Source: Tubulanus polymorphus (lineage: Eukaryota; Animalia; Nemertea). Taken from it: 64,000 bases of DNA. A program made the translations under genes and the position numbers. The DNA is taken from contig NC_134034.1 of assembly GCF_964204645.1 (NCBI RefSeq), forward strand, positions 4,624,914 through 4,688,913, read 5' to 3'. The notes beneath the pieces are model-generated. The model searched no databases, had not been told where the DNA came from, and saw only the letters and a program-made list of their open reading frames with translations. Within the stretch, counting starts at the first letter, position 1, and the number at the start of each line of letters is the position of its first letter. Positions 1-10,860 of the stretch are shown here, piece by piece.

Positions 1-65
1 TGTTTTAATGTTTGTAAGTCATTTGTTATGTCATTTGTCTTGATTTTTAGTATGTACGCAACCGT

Positions 66-1131
66 ATTGACTGCTATTAATGGAAATCCACAGTTAAATT
101 GTACCATCTTCAGTTGATAAATCATAAACATAAACTGATGGTTTGTATATTTTAAATAAATCCTTAACTTCTTCTGTTTACTCATTTTCTACATGACTTA
201 AATTAAAACAATTTGGTTTAGATTTAATCAATCCAATATTCATATTAAAACCTAATGAATTGCATAATATATTCAATCCTGATATAGCAATATTTCCTTT
301 TTGAGCTAAAGATATCGTTTTGCGGTTTTTGAAACTTTTTGAACCATCTGCAGCATAGAACCCAATGAAGAACCATTTTCTTAAATTATTTTTTGCATTT
401 AATACATAATCTGGAACTATCTTTTCTTTTGTTGAAGTATTACTTTTCACTATTGCATGAATATAGAATTCATCATTATATTTTATTGCAAAATCTTTAG
501 GATTATTTACAAGTATTCTATAAACTGCTGATGATTTCATAACATCCATGATTCTAAATGTTTTATGTGAATAAACTTCTTCACAGAATTTCTTAATTCT
601 TTCTAATAATTTTAAGTCTTGATTGCATAAATACCAACAATATTTATTACCCAAATCATAATTATACACACCTGCTGAACCATCACCCATGAAAAATCCT
701 TTGATAAAATATTCTTTTTCTTCTAATGTTTCGGGTTCTATATTATAAATATTATTAATAATTTCATCAAATGACATATGATTCATTCTTTGGAAAGATC
801 TTTTATGTAATAATTCATCTCAAATTTTTATATCAGTTGGTTTTATTTCATCGCCATTTCGTTTAATGAAACTATGATCTTCTGTAACATCTACAAACCC
901 TAATTTAGTTCTAACTCTATAGATTTTCTTATTTGTTTTATGCCTAATAATATTCTTTAATTTTTTCCATCCATTTCTTGTCCAAACATCCATTAATCCA
1001 TTTATTTGTATTAATTCTTTTTCACCATATGAAATATAACATTCATTTTGTTTTGGAATTATATCTGAAATTCTTCTTACCAATACTTTATCATTACATT
1101 TTAATAATATTGGGGTGTCAGCTGTAACAGA
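66..1131 (-). mobile_element. Intein with LAGLIDADG homing endonuclease in pPolB motif C (pol-c site), decayed
   Basis: Starts immediately after YFD with block A SVTADTPILL (1131). Block B is VDVTEDHSF, followed by KPTDIKI*DELL. LAGLIDADG blocks are FIKGFFMGDGS and FFIGFYAADGS. Block F is YVYDLSTEDGT-FNCG and block G is LIAVN (Asn codon 68-66), followed by +1 Thr and the polymerase continuation. Length 1066 nt = 355 codons + 1 inserted base; two in-frame stops (820-822, 178-180). Confidence 0.93.
178..786 (-). CDS. LAGLIDADG (DOD) homing endonuclease domain of the intein, in frame with the upstream intein N-terminal part
   Basis: Two dodecapeptide motifs (YFIKGFFMGDGS, FFIGFYAADGS), block D-like KIVPDYVL and block H-like GLNILCNSLGFN. 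Same frame as ORF 820-1587, separated only by one TGA. Confidence 0.88.
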   Translation of the reverse strand: MNHMSFDEIINNIYNIEPETLEEKEYFIKGFFMGDGSAGVYNYDLGNKYCWYLCNQDLKLLERIKKFCEEVYSHKTFRIMDVMKSSAVYRILVNNPKDFAIKYNDEFYIHAIVKSNTSTKEKIVPDYVLNAKNNLRKWFFIGFYAADGSKSFKNRKTISLAQKGNIAISGLNILCNSLGFNMNIGLIKSKPNCFNLSHVENE

Positions 1132-4100
1132 ATCAAAATATGATATTTCAATATGCTTTTCCCCAAAAAGTGGTTGTAAAACATTATAATAAAAATCATA
1201 CATTAATAATTTTGATACTTCTAAAACAGTTGAACCAATGAATATAGGTTTATTAAATTTCATTGACGTTCTTTTTAATTTAACTGCGGTTAAATAATCT
1301 TCAAATCTTTTATTTCCTAAATGCCTAGGACTTGATTGTAGGTGTCTTAATCTTTCAGAATTATTTTCTAATTCAATATCATTTCTATTTCTAATATTTT
1401 CACATGTTTTACCACAAAAACTATTGTTCATTAATTTGAAGAAATCTTTTTCAAAATCCGTTTTTGATATGGTTCTCTGTTGAGTATTAAAATCTATATA
1501 TTTTTCTAACCACTTCGATTGATTAAATTCAATATATCTATGTACTTTCTTTAATTTCATTCCTTGTTTTAGATAAAATTTTAACATTCTATAATGAACA
1601 ATATAATTGTAGTATAAATAAGTATTAATTTTTCTGTAAAAACATGATTTTTCGGTTTTATTTTCTTCTGGTATTCACTTAAATAACTATCATCTACAGT
1701 TAAATGTTCTGGGCAATAAGGTAAGTTTCTTGTTTTAAACTTTATATTTTCAGGATATTCTAAATCAACTACAAAGAAATAACCAATTGGTGCTTCATCT
1801 TCTAAACTCATAATTGCGCTTTCCCAATTAGTTTTATCATCATTTTCAACTTCTGTTAATATAAAATTTTTATATGGTTGAGGTTGCATCATTGCCCAAC
1901 CATATAAATTATTGGCATCAATATATAATAATTTATATTCATCATTTGCTTTAAAATACCTCCCATAACACCACTCATTCCACCTCTAATTGATTTTTCA
2001 AATAATAAAACCATATCTGGTTCTTTTAATAAATCTAATTCTACATTTGTATATTTTAAACCACATTGCCAGGTTAAACCAGGACTAGAGTAGCAATAAC
2101 AAGGATCAACATTAAAATGATTCAAATTAACTTCTCTAAATTTTTCAAATATGTCAGCCAATATCATAACATCTGATTTTAAATATGAATCAACTAATTC
2201 ACCATGATTTTTCATCTTAAAATGGTTCCAAATATTTAATGTTCTATTAAACACTTCGTCTTTCACATACTCCTCTTTTAATTGATCATAAAATTGATCT
2301 TTTAATAATTCTGTTACATTAAAATCATTGTGTGTTTTATAAAATGAATAAGGAATTGCGCCTTTATATCTCAATAATTTAAAATCTTGGTCATTTGGAT
2401 AATAATATCGAGTTATAACAAAATCATTATCAACTAAACTTTTTGATAAATTATCTAATGAACTTGCTAGAAATCTATAAGAATCTAAAAATCTAATGCA
2501 ACCAAATTGAAATGAAATATAATTTTCAGATATTTTAGCTAATAGTTTAAAATCATATTTTCTTACATTTACACCATGCATAGCATTATATTCTTCTATT
2601 TCTTGATTAATTGAACCCAATTTTCCTGATAATTGTTTTATAGATAGATGGGTATCATAGCCTGATAAATTATGAAATAATATTGGTACGAAATTAACTT
2701 TCTTAGCTTGTAAATTACAATCTTCATGAGCAGCTCCACGATATTTTGAATTTAAATGATCATGATCTCTAACTTTTTTATCAAATGAATAAAAACGTTT
2801 TTCACAATAACAACAATGAGTTGCATAATTAAAATCAATTTCATTTTGATTTGTCATAACTATTCTTTTATTTTTGTTTAATAATTTTGCAAAATCACTT
2901 TCTAATTCAATCATTTTGTTACAAAAATCATTAACTACATCTTCACCTCTAAAAGAAATATATTGACTTTCATATAATTCAGGATAATTTGACTTTATAT
3001 AAATTCCATAAGCAGCAGCTCTTTGATGAACTTTTTTAATTGTATTTATAATTGGTGGGTCTTGTATTGTGTCTTCATTTAATTCATTTCCTTTATCCAT
3101 TGATTTTAAAAATTGCTTTTGTTATATATTTCTTTTCTATCTTGATCAGTTAATTCTTTATTCAACGATTCAAAATCCCCATAAATTACAAATGGAACAA
3201 TATTCTTAAATTTATGATTAGTAAATTTCAATTTATAATCTTTTTCTGTTGGCATTATTAATTTACAAAAATCTTTATTATCACATAATTCTTTATGTTT
3301 TAATAATGTATTCTCAGTCATAAATTTAGATAAACATTTTCTAAATAGATAAATTTTACGATGATGATCACTTTCTGTTCTAAAGAATAAAGCAATTTGT
3401 TTTAACCACATATAATGTTCATTTTCATCTTTTTTTGTAATATAACAAATCTATAGCATTTTCATCATCATAATATTCTGTTTAATATAAAGCTTCCAAT
3501 GTATAATCTTTGATATTTTCACCTTTTGTCTTTGGTAATTGCATTAATTCGAATACATTTATTTTTAAATTATTAACTTTTTCTATTTTAGAAATCATTT
3601 TTATAGTTACTGGATATTGATCAATTTTATATAATGTTTCATATTTCCGGTAATTTGTTATTCTAAAACTATGTGTAATATCTTCCTTTGGATGTAAGCA
3701 ACTAATAATTGCCCACAGAAAACATTTATTATCTTCATTTTGAACATTTATTACTGCTTTTGTTGTAAATGGTAATTTAATATAAGATGATCCTTTAATA
3801 TCCTCCTTCTCTGTTGTAAAGTTTGAATCATTTTTAAACATTTTATTACTTTTTGATGTTTTATTTCTTTTTGTATTATAAACATTTAAATCTAAAAATA
3901 TAATTTCATTTAATGATAAACCAGAACCCTCAAAATATCTTTCTTCAATATGACGTTTAAAGTCATTAAATATTTTTTCTAACTTCTCTTTTATTTGCGT
4001 TTTTGAAATTATTTCTTCAGAGAGTGTTTGAATATTATAATCTATTTTCTCTTCTGACTTTAAAAAACTTACTTTCCCAGAGATACTAATTTTTGGATAT

Positions 4101-4689
4101 TCAACATCTGTTATCAAATCTAGTATTTTTTCTATTATTTCATTAAATTTACTATAATCTTCTATGATTGTACCTTTAAAAAATCTAAATATAATAGCTG
4201 CAGGACAAATTTTACTACGTAATGTTTCTAATATTTCAATTGTATCTTTTATTTCTAGTGAATCAATATAATTTCTAACATTTTCCATGTAAGGTTTATT
4301 TGAAATGGATTTAGTTTTTGAAGTTGGTTTTTTTACTTTTTGAGGTTTATCATCGAAATAATCTTTTCCAAAAACATTACTACTCAAATTTTGATGGTGT
4401 TTTTGTGATTCGAGATGTCTATTATAATTCCTTTTTACTATAAATTCATTACAAACTTCACATTTTATTTCATCCACATTCATATTTTCTGATCGTTCTT
4501 TTCTTTCATTGGAATTTTCTGAAGTTTCAAAATCTATAACATTTTTTATATGATTTGAAGATTTTTCATGACGCGATTTTTGAGATTTATCAATGTATTT
4601 TTTACAATATGGACAATAATATTGATTTTCATTAACATCAATTTGTTCTGTTTTATTCTCTCCCATTTATAAGGAAAAAAAATTACTTG

Positions 4690-4955
4690 TGGTGATGAGT
4701 GGGGTAACTTCCCCTTGTATATAACAAGCACGCTATTAACCGTTCTCACCCAAGCCTCACAGCATCTATTTATCCGGGTACAGTTGACACGCAATCACTG
4801 TACTACAGTAATAGCACACGCGTTAATAACCGTTCTCAGTAGCACCTCGCTGTATCGATCTATCCACGCGCAGTTGTTGTTAAGCGCACTCACTGTATAT
4901 GTGTATCACAGAGCAATCGTCCGTTCTCACTAGAGCCTAGCTGTGATGAGTGGTG
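4690..4955. repeat. Degenerate subterminal direct repeats of Polinton copy A
   Basis: CCGTTCTCA recurs at ~4740, ~4830 and ~4921; CAGTTG at ~4781 and ~4870; GTGATGAGTGG at ~4692 and ~4944. GC is higher than in the flanking element DNA. Confidence 0.55.
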
Positions 4956-5529
4956 TCTCGACCTCTCGACCTCTGGTATGAAACCCACATCTTCCAATTA
5001 CTAGTAGGGACAGACCAAATAAGCTGAGCACCAAGTTTTCTTTCAGATGACTAAATTGCATTGCAGTATTATCAGCAATAAATGAAGACGAATACGAATT
5101 AATCATAGGGGTCCCATATAAACCAATGTTATGAATTCATTTGATTGTGCAAAATTACATCCTTGCATGAGCTCTCCACATTTCAGGAAACATACGAGAA
5201 TAAGAACAATAACAAAATCAATTAGAAAGAACACTATTCTTTTAATTGTAAACTTAACAGGTATCAATTAACAGCCTTTTAAAATCAGCCTTATTCCCAA
5301 TAAAAACTGTACAGCATAAGATAACAAAGATAAATGTATTTTAAAAATCAACAAATGCTTAGAATTACATCCAAGTTGCTGCTGCAAAAGGTAGGGATAA
5401 TAACTTTCTGCTAAATTGATGGTTGAACCGCTTTCACTTTTAATATAAAGAATCTTACCCAATCCGCGAAACAGCAAGGCTCACACAGCGAGAATAACAG
5501 TAAAAACTTTTTTTTTTCTTTGTCTCGCA

Positions 5530-5762
5530 ATGTAGTCAAATTTTCTACACACGCAATCATGACTTGTTTGAAAGGTTCATAAGTTGTATGACACGTAGGC
5601 AGATATAACATATTTGCACAGGTACTGGCTGTCGGAAAGAAGGCACTGTACTCAGATGTGTCTTAAACAAGCTTAAATGCAATTAACAGTTCAGGTTCAA
5701 ATCCTAAAATTGGTACTTCCATCCTACCTGTGATAAATATTAGAAGTGATTCCCAGGAATTT
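5530..5762 (-). pseudogene. HECT E3 ubiquitin ligase C-lobe exon (G2E3-like) with one in-frame stop
   Basis: After a ttttacag acceptor it translates NSWESLLIFITGRMEVPILGFEPELLIAFKLV*DTSEYSAFFPTASTCANMLYLPTCHTTYEPFKQVM, with the HECT FITG..VP..GF motif and the catalytic PxxxTC motif. Confidence 0.7.
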
Positions 5763-6089
5763 CTGTAAAAATAAAGAAAATGTATTATTTTACGTGTCAG
5801 ATCAGTTGATATAGTCAGTTACAAGGTTTCTTAAATGTCCGTCCACCTTGGAATTTTGTGTTTGTATCACAACTGTACGATTATTGTGATTCGAAATGGT
5901 AAATAAAATTATCATTAATGCCCAGCTACCAATATAAATAGACAAATTGTTTACAAATCAAATATAAATCAACCCACTAGCGGTGAGAACAATAAAAAAC
6001 TGGGTAACCCCAATTCCACGTGAGGCAAATACTATTAGAATCTGCATGATATGTTTAAGATATCTTCCCAAAGAATACTCATGAATTTC

Positions 6090-7045
6090 AATGACAAATG
6101 GCAGGTACTGATCTTAGAATTAATGGCAAAAATGGCCACAAGTCGGCCATTCTAAGTCTAATTGACTCAATTCTTATTATTATGCTGATGGGCCATTGGG
6201 GGATACAAACATATGTATAAAATCAAGATAATTTATTCAATGAAGCCTCCTCAAAAATTCCCTTGAAAACCTCAATAAAGGACCATGGATCCAGTAGGAT
6301 CAACAGAGTACATTTTAGTTTTGAGCACAAAAATCGATTTGTTCTTGGATTTGCAATAACGAACTGCTGATGAAATCATGGTGCACTTTGTAGCAAGCAT
6401 GTTCAACTTAGATGATATACATGGTAATGGGTTTTCCCTATGAGTCACAAGTTCATGGTAGAAAACAGTTCTTGATAATGTCACTGGGAAAGCCCTACTA
6501 GAGGGATATTTCCAAGTGATGCCCTAACTGTGAATGGCTTTCTCCGTGATGTCATGAAACTAGGTCAAGCATCGATTATTAGAATGGGGGATTCATTGAA
6601 ATTGTGCTCATTTTTTTCCAGCACATCCAAATGGCTTTGAGCTGATGGACGAAACTTTCCATATTCAATTCCACCCTTTATTTCCCTCCATATGACAAAA
6701 TGTCAGCTGTTTATATCCAGTGGTTACACTTTGTGCCACCAAGAGCTAACAGAAAGTTACTCTCAGAACCATTCTATAATGATCAACACAGCTGATCCTA
6801 CAAACGTGTTAAAAGTGGCCTGTGGTTAAAATGGCCACCGGTCGGCCATCTTGATTCTGACCTAGCCAGGTTTTGGAGGGAAGAATAGCATAAGGTAGAT
6901 ATACGTATAAACCAATCATCAAGACAAGCCAATGAAGCGCCTTCAAGTTCCCCAAAGTATCTGGATTCCGTCTACGGGCGGACGGACGAAAAGCGAATGC
7001 AATAGCCCGCTGGGATTGAAGTCCCAGAAAGTGGGCTATAGCGAA
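6090..7045. repeat. Non-autonomous interspersed repeat (Helentron/HINE-like)
   Basis: Repeated AAAATGGCCAC..GTCGGCCAT cores (~6128, ~6827), a GGAC microsatellite (~6980) and a terminal stem-loop (ATAGCCCGCT...AGTGGGCTAT, ~7002-7039). Confidence 0.4.
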
Positions 7046-8573
7046 ATGGTTACTAAATTCAGTTAACCCTGTCTAATTTGATTCTGACCACCTTGGCAAA
7101 TCACCATATTCAGTCAATTTAACAGTGGTTTTGTTTGTGTTTCTTCATTTGGTATGCTTGTTTTCTGTTCAACTCAGTAAAATATGTGGTCCGAACGCTC
7201 CCAATAATAAGATGAGTATACACATGTATACTGTAGGCCTATGTGGAAGATACTCGCCGTTCAATAGCTGCACTGACACGTCCAAAAAAGAGCCATCTTG
7301 TCACTGCTCTCACAGAACGTTATTTTGACAGATCTATGTACATCCAGATAGAGACATAATATCTTCAACCTCACTGAAGTTGTCCGATGACATGGATTCA
7401 AACTGGAAAAAGAACTCAACATGCAGTATTTCATTTCTGAAGAACCATTCAATTTAGAACTATTAAAATGGTTATGTCTGTTGAATAAGGGCAGGGGAAG
7501 AACTCGGCGCCCTGCTCTCATCTTAATTGATTCATATACTAAAATCCTCAATATAAAAAACTCTCCACATGAATTAGTGGGACTATAATGGACCATTTGT
7601 TGACACTAACCTTAATTAAACTTAGTATGAATACAATCAAGATAATTCCACCCTATAATTCCACTTTCCAACGATCGACGCGCAGCTTAAACATAACGCC
7701 GCCGCCATTCATTGCGCTAGTCATAATATATCACAACGCACATCAAAATCACACTTGAATTACAAGTGTTGACTAGAACGATCGTAATTTAGCAATTTAA
7801 TTGGGAAGATAGCAACACAATAGTTCAAAAAAGTTGATAAACCACCTCCGACTGTCTAGTCATCTAAAAACTTTGCACTCATACGGAACTATTTCCGCCT
7901 TATCACAGGTGCACTCTGCCACCGTGATTTGCCCAATCAACGATAGAAACTTTCACACGGTCTTACTATCGACATTTTCCAATAATTTAGGGAAATATTT
8001 AAACGAAATCAATCGAAAACTGCATTGATAAAATTAAAGTAATATTCGTTTGACAAATCTTCATCTGAACTCCCAACAACAAGTTATTAGTGGTGACACG
8101 AAAATGACGTCATCGACTTACTACCATCTTATAACGAAGGTAAATAAGGAAACATCATATACGAATAATGTGATTGCATACGCATTTTCCAGAACCTTCA
8201 TTCTTCTGCTGTACATGGAAATAGTAATCTACCGATCAGGATAAGGTGAACATATTTCCAAAACGTAGATTGGGTTTTTATCGTCCTTCTCGCGGGGCTT
8301 ATACATCAATATACTACAATTCTATATGGTTATCGATTTATCTAAGGTTCACGTTTCAACACTTATTTCCACTTCAATTTCATACTCGATGAACAATACT
8401 CGGAGTGTCGGGAATTTGTGAAGGATTACTCCTATTACAGATCAATGGGTCTTCTGTTCAAATTTGAAAGGAAAATATGCGTTATCGATTTGATGAATAT
8501 ATCGCTAAATTGGTGATCAGCGCACTAAGCATAATCGTCCGACACAAGAGCTTTGGAACTCAACACTACAAAC

Positions 8574-9238
8574 ATGAAGGTATATACCACGAATATCAAC
8601 ACGAATCAGACTACACATAACTGTTGTACATCTTTGTATTATTTCAGATCTTAATTCTGTGTGTCGCAATCGCGTTACTTATTTCAGGTGTGGTTTCTAT
8701 TGAAGGTAAGTGAATTTGATCTTATTCGGGTGTCTCTCAATCCAGTTCCACAGTTACGACCTCGGTCCGATCAGCATGAATGATTAAGTGAAATACGTAG
8801 TTACCATTTTGGTTGATAAAATCTAATCCAAGGGTTGGTACTTCAAAATCTTTTGCCCATAACAGAATTTTGTCATATATGTTATTTAAAGTAACTGTTT
8901 GTTTATGACGCAGAAAATACGCAGAAACAAATCTTACATCGCAAAACAGATTTAAAATTCGTTTTTGGGCGCTTAGTAATTGTTTTTGTGCCGGGTAAAA
9001 CTAGCCTAATTTTTTTGCGATTTTTGAAAAAAAATCTTTTGATATGTCCCGACTCGGCAACTTAACGATACCGATTTTTTCTCATGCAGAACTATCGCCG
9101 GATAGATACAGACGAGGTATTCCGTGTATGTGCGCTGACGGAAAAATAGGTGTGAAGTTCATCGTGTTTGGTTGCTTCAATGGACAAGTATGTGCCCCAA
9201 GACGATGGTATAGCTTTGTAACGTGTTGCTACAAATAA
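8574..9238 (+). CDS. Secreted six-cysteine beta-defensin-fold / sea-anemone-toxin-like prepropeptide, 70 aa; exons 8574-8579, 8648-8705, 9090-9238
   Basis: Canonical GT-AG introns with polypyrimidine tracts join in frame to give MKILILCVAIALLISGVVSIEELSPDRYRR-GIPCMCADGKIGVKFIVFGCFNGQVCAPRRWYSFVTCCYK*. This has a signal peptide, short propeptide, furin-type RYRR site and a 40-aa mature peptide with CxC...C...C...CC. Confidence 0.82.
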
Positions 9239-9859
9239 TTATCCGTAATGAACGAATATTTCGACGAATGTTTTGAAGATTTAGACGAGTAAAGAATATC
9301 TATTCGTGTAATCAAATCAGGTTTTTGCGTCATTGAAATGTTGTAAAGGCTCGATGCTGTCGTTCAAGGTTTGCCACGTCACACTTCACTTTAGGACAAG
9401 CAGAAACGCAATATTAGTATAAGATGAATACGGAGACTGTAATAATGATTGAGGCCCCGGGATATATTTGGGATGTCCCAGGGGATTTAGACATCTCAGA
9501 AGGCCGATCAAGTTCCACTAAAATAACGAGTGAGAACCTCAAAGGACTTGCCTGGAAAATGCTTTATTAAACATAGAGGACGAACGTTTGCACTAAGAGA
9601 CGTATTCCGGACCCACTTACCAGGGGGAACTCGACACACCTCTCCCCTCAAATTTTGTTGGCAAATAACAACAGTATCTTAAAATGCATGAGAAGTACCG
9701 TATACATATGTTCGCAACGGATAATTCACTTTAAACCCTCGCAAAATTCAGTTCGGCACAAGTTAAATTAATGTTCGCTAAGCTAATTATTTACACGGTG
9801 ACGACTGGAACCATTGGTAGGTACCCAAGACATATACAGTGAGTCTTTTGAATATCATC

Positions 9860-10200
9860 CTCCATCGGCAGGGGTTCGAACCTGATGGGATCGCTACACT
9901 CAGCCACAGCACGAACCCCAGTCACAATAGACCGGGTGCGCAGGTACATGTGCAGCTTTGCCACGCGATAACTTGCGATACCAATCAGATTGCTCGTTGT
10001 ATAATTACTGAAGATAATTTCACGGAGGAACTATAAATGGGAAAACCCGGGCCAAAGAAAACGGGATATCTGATTGGCTAATATTGATATCATCTAAGCT
10101 TCGCTTGTAGATGCGCACTCGGTCTTGTGTGGCAGGGTTTCGTTCGTACCATGGCATTCTCAATGCCATCAGGTTCGAATCCATGCCGGGGGAGGATGGC
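9860..10200. repeat. Dispersed repeat with internal inverted halves, CCAAT box and B-box-like motif; second copy at ~42685-42970
   Basis: CTGATTGGCTAATA.TGA.ATCATCTAAGCT.CGC.TGTAG and ATGCCATC.GGTTC.AATCC occur at 10070-10185 and 42852-42960. A degenerate reverse-complement copy lies at 9860-9990. Confidence 0.55.
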
Positions 10201-10396
10201 TGAACACCTGCAGCATATTTACTATCAGGGCATCCGAAGCTTTGACATGGAAATTGCTGAGAAAAGAGAGAAGGAATTCACCACCGCTGTCAGCCAAGGA
10301 GGACCATCGCCGTCGTCGTCGCGGCGAGGAAGAGCGCGCGGAAAAAGAAATCTAAGATTGGTTCGACGCCGCATACGTGAATAAATAAATCCAACC

Positions 10397-10860
10397 AACG
10401 AATTTTACATGGTCATTCCGAGCAACGTTCGCTCGGCAAATAGTTCGCTTGATAATACGACGAATCATTATAAAACGGGAGTTGATGAAACCGTCAGAAT
10501 TGGATAAACAAACGTGGAAAGTCTGGCTATCAGAGATCACGTTTCCGTTTCGTGGAACGAGGTGATACTCACGAAAAGATGCGAATACAAGGTGGCGGTA
10601 GCGAACACGGATGGACTCTATGCAGCCAGCCAAGGTAGGAGAAGGATGGTTACCGGAAAGGTTTACAACAAAATGCTACGCCAATATAGAAGTGTTGATC
10701 GAGGAATTGAATAAGAAAAAAAAACGCAAATCTTATGCCGGAAATCCAAGCTGGTGAAAGGGAAGACCGTCATCGTATTTCGAGAGGGGGAGATGATCGA
10801 ATTGAACGAGTACTCGGCCGATTTACTCGGGTTTCGGAAAAATGAATTAGCTGTCGCGTA
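10397..10860 (+). pseudogene. Decayed minor capsid (penton) gene of a second, canonical Maverick/Polinton lineage
   Basis: Across frameshifts it reads NEFYMVIPSN...NTTNHYKT-ELMKPSELDKQTWKVWLSEITFP-SWN...ADLLGF. This matches the FYxxLPSN..N....F.T.L..P..L...W.V.L.EI.YP..W.N...LLGF pattern of Maverick pentons. GC is higher than in copies A-D. Confidence 0.6.

Larger units (their letters stand above)
1..4666 (-). pseudogene. polB: Protein-primed DNA polymerase B (pPolB) with N-terminal C2H2 zinc fingers and an endonuclease VII-like domain; frameshifted and interrupted by an intein
   Basis: ORFs 3482-4666, 3106-3411, 1889-3100, 1581-1892 and 820-1587 align in order with copy B. Motifs: CPYC..H, VIYGDFES (ExoI), RDHDH..YRGAAH..CNL (endo VII), HNLSGYD (ExoII), YLKSDV (ExoIII), SIRGG, KLMNN..GK (motif B), YFD|[intein]|T(V)(A)YILKIKT (motif C, resuming at 65). 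Confidence 0.93.
1..5005 (-). mobile_element. Polinton/Maverick (adintovirus-like) element, copy A; runs off the left edge of the window
   Basis: Very AT-rich block encoding a fragmented protein-primed PolB. It ends at ~5002-5005 in a terminal motif (minus strand ACTAGTAATTGGAAGATGTGGGTTTCATACCAGAGGTCGAGAGGTCGAG) shared with the termini at 46941, 51317 and 63898. Confidence 0.9.

Noticed and set aside
178-786. Free-standing or group I intron-encoded LAGLIDADG gene
   Set aside because: It is in frame with intein blocks A and B upstream and continues into blocks F and G downstream, and the insert sits precisely at YFD|T.
820-1131. Hedgehog-type or bacterial intein-like Hint domain
   Set aside because: The Ser start, internal endonuclease, terminal Asn plus Thr, and restored polymerase continuity fit a true intein.
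6272-8244. Short ORFs as host genes
   Set aside because: No recognisable domains and no consistent splice model.
9044-9089. Single-exon start (MSRLGN...) for the cysteine-rich peptide
   Set aside because: It has no signal peptide. The segment ends in a polypyrimidine tract plus CAG acceptor, and the upstream exons supply an in-frame signal peptide.
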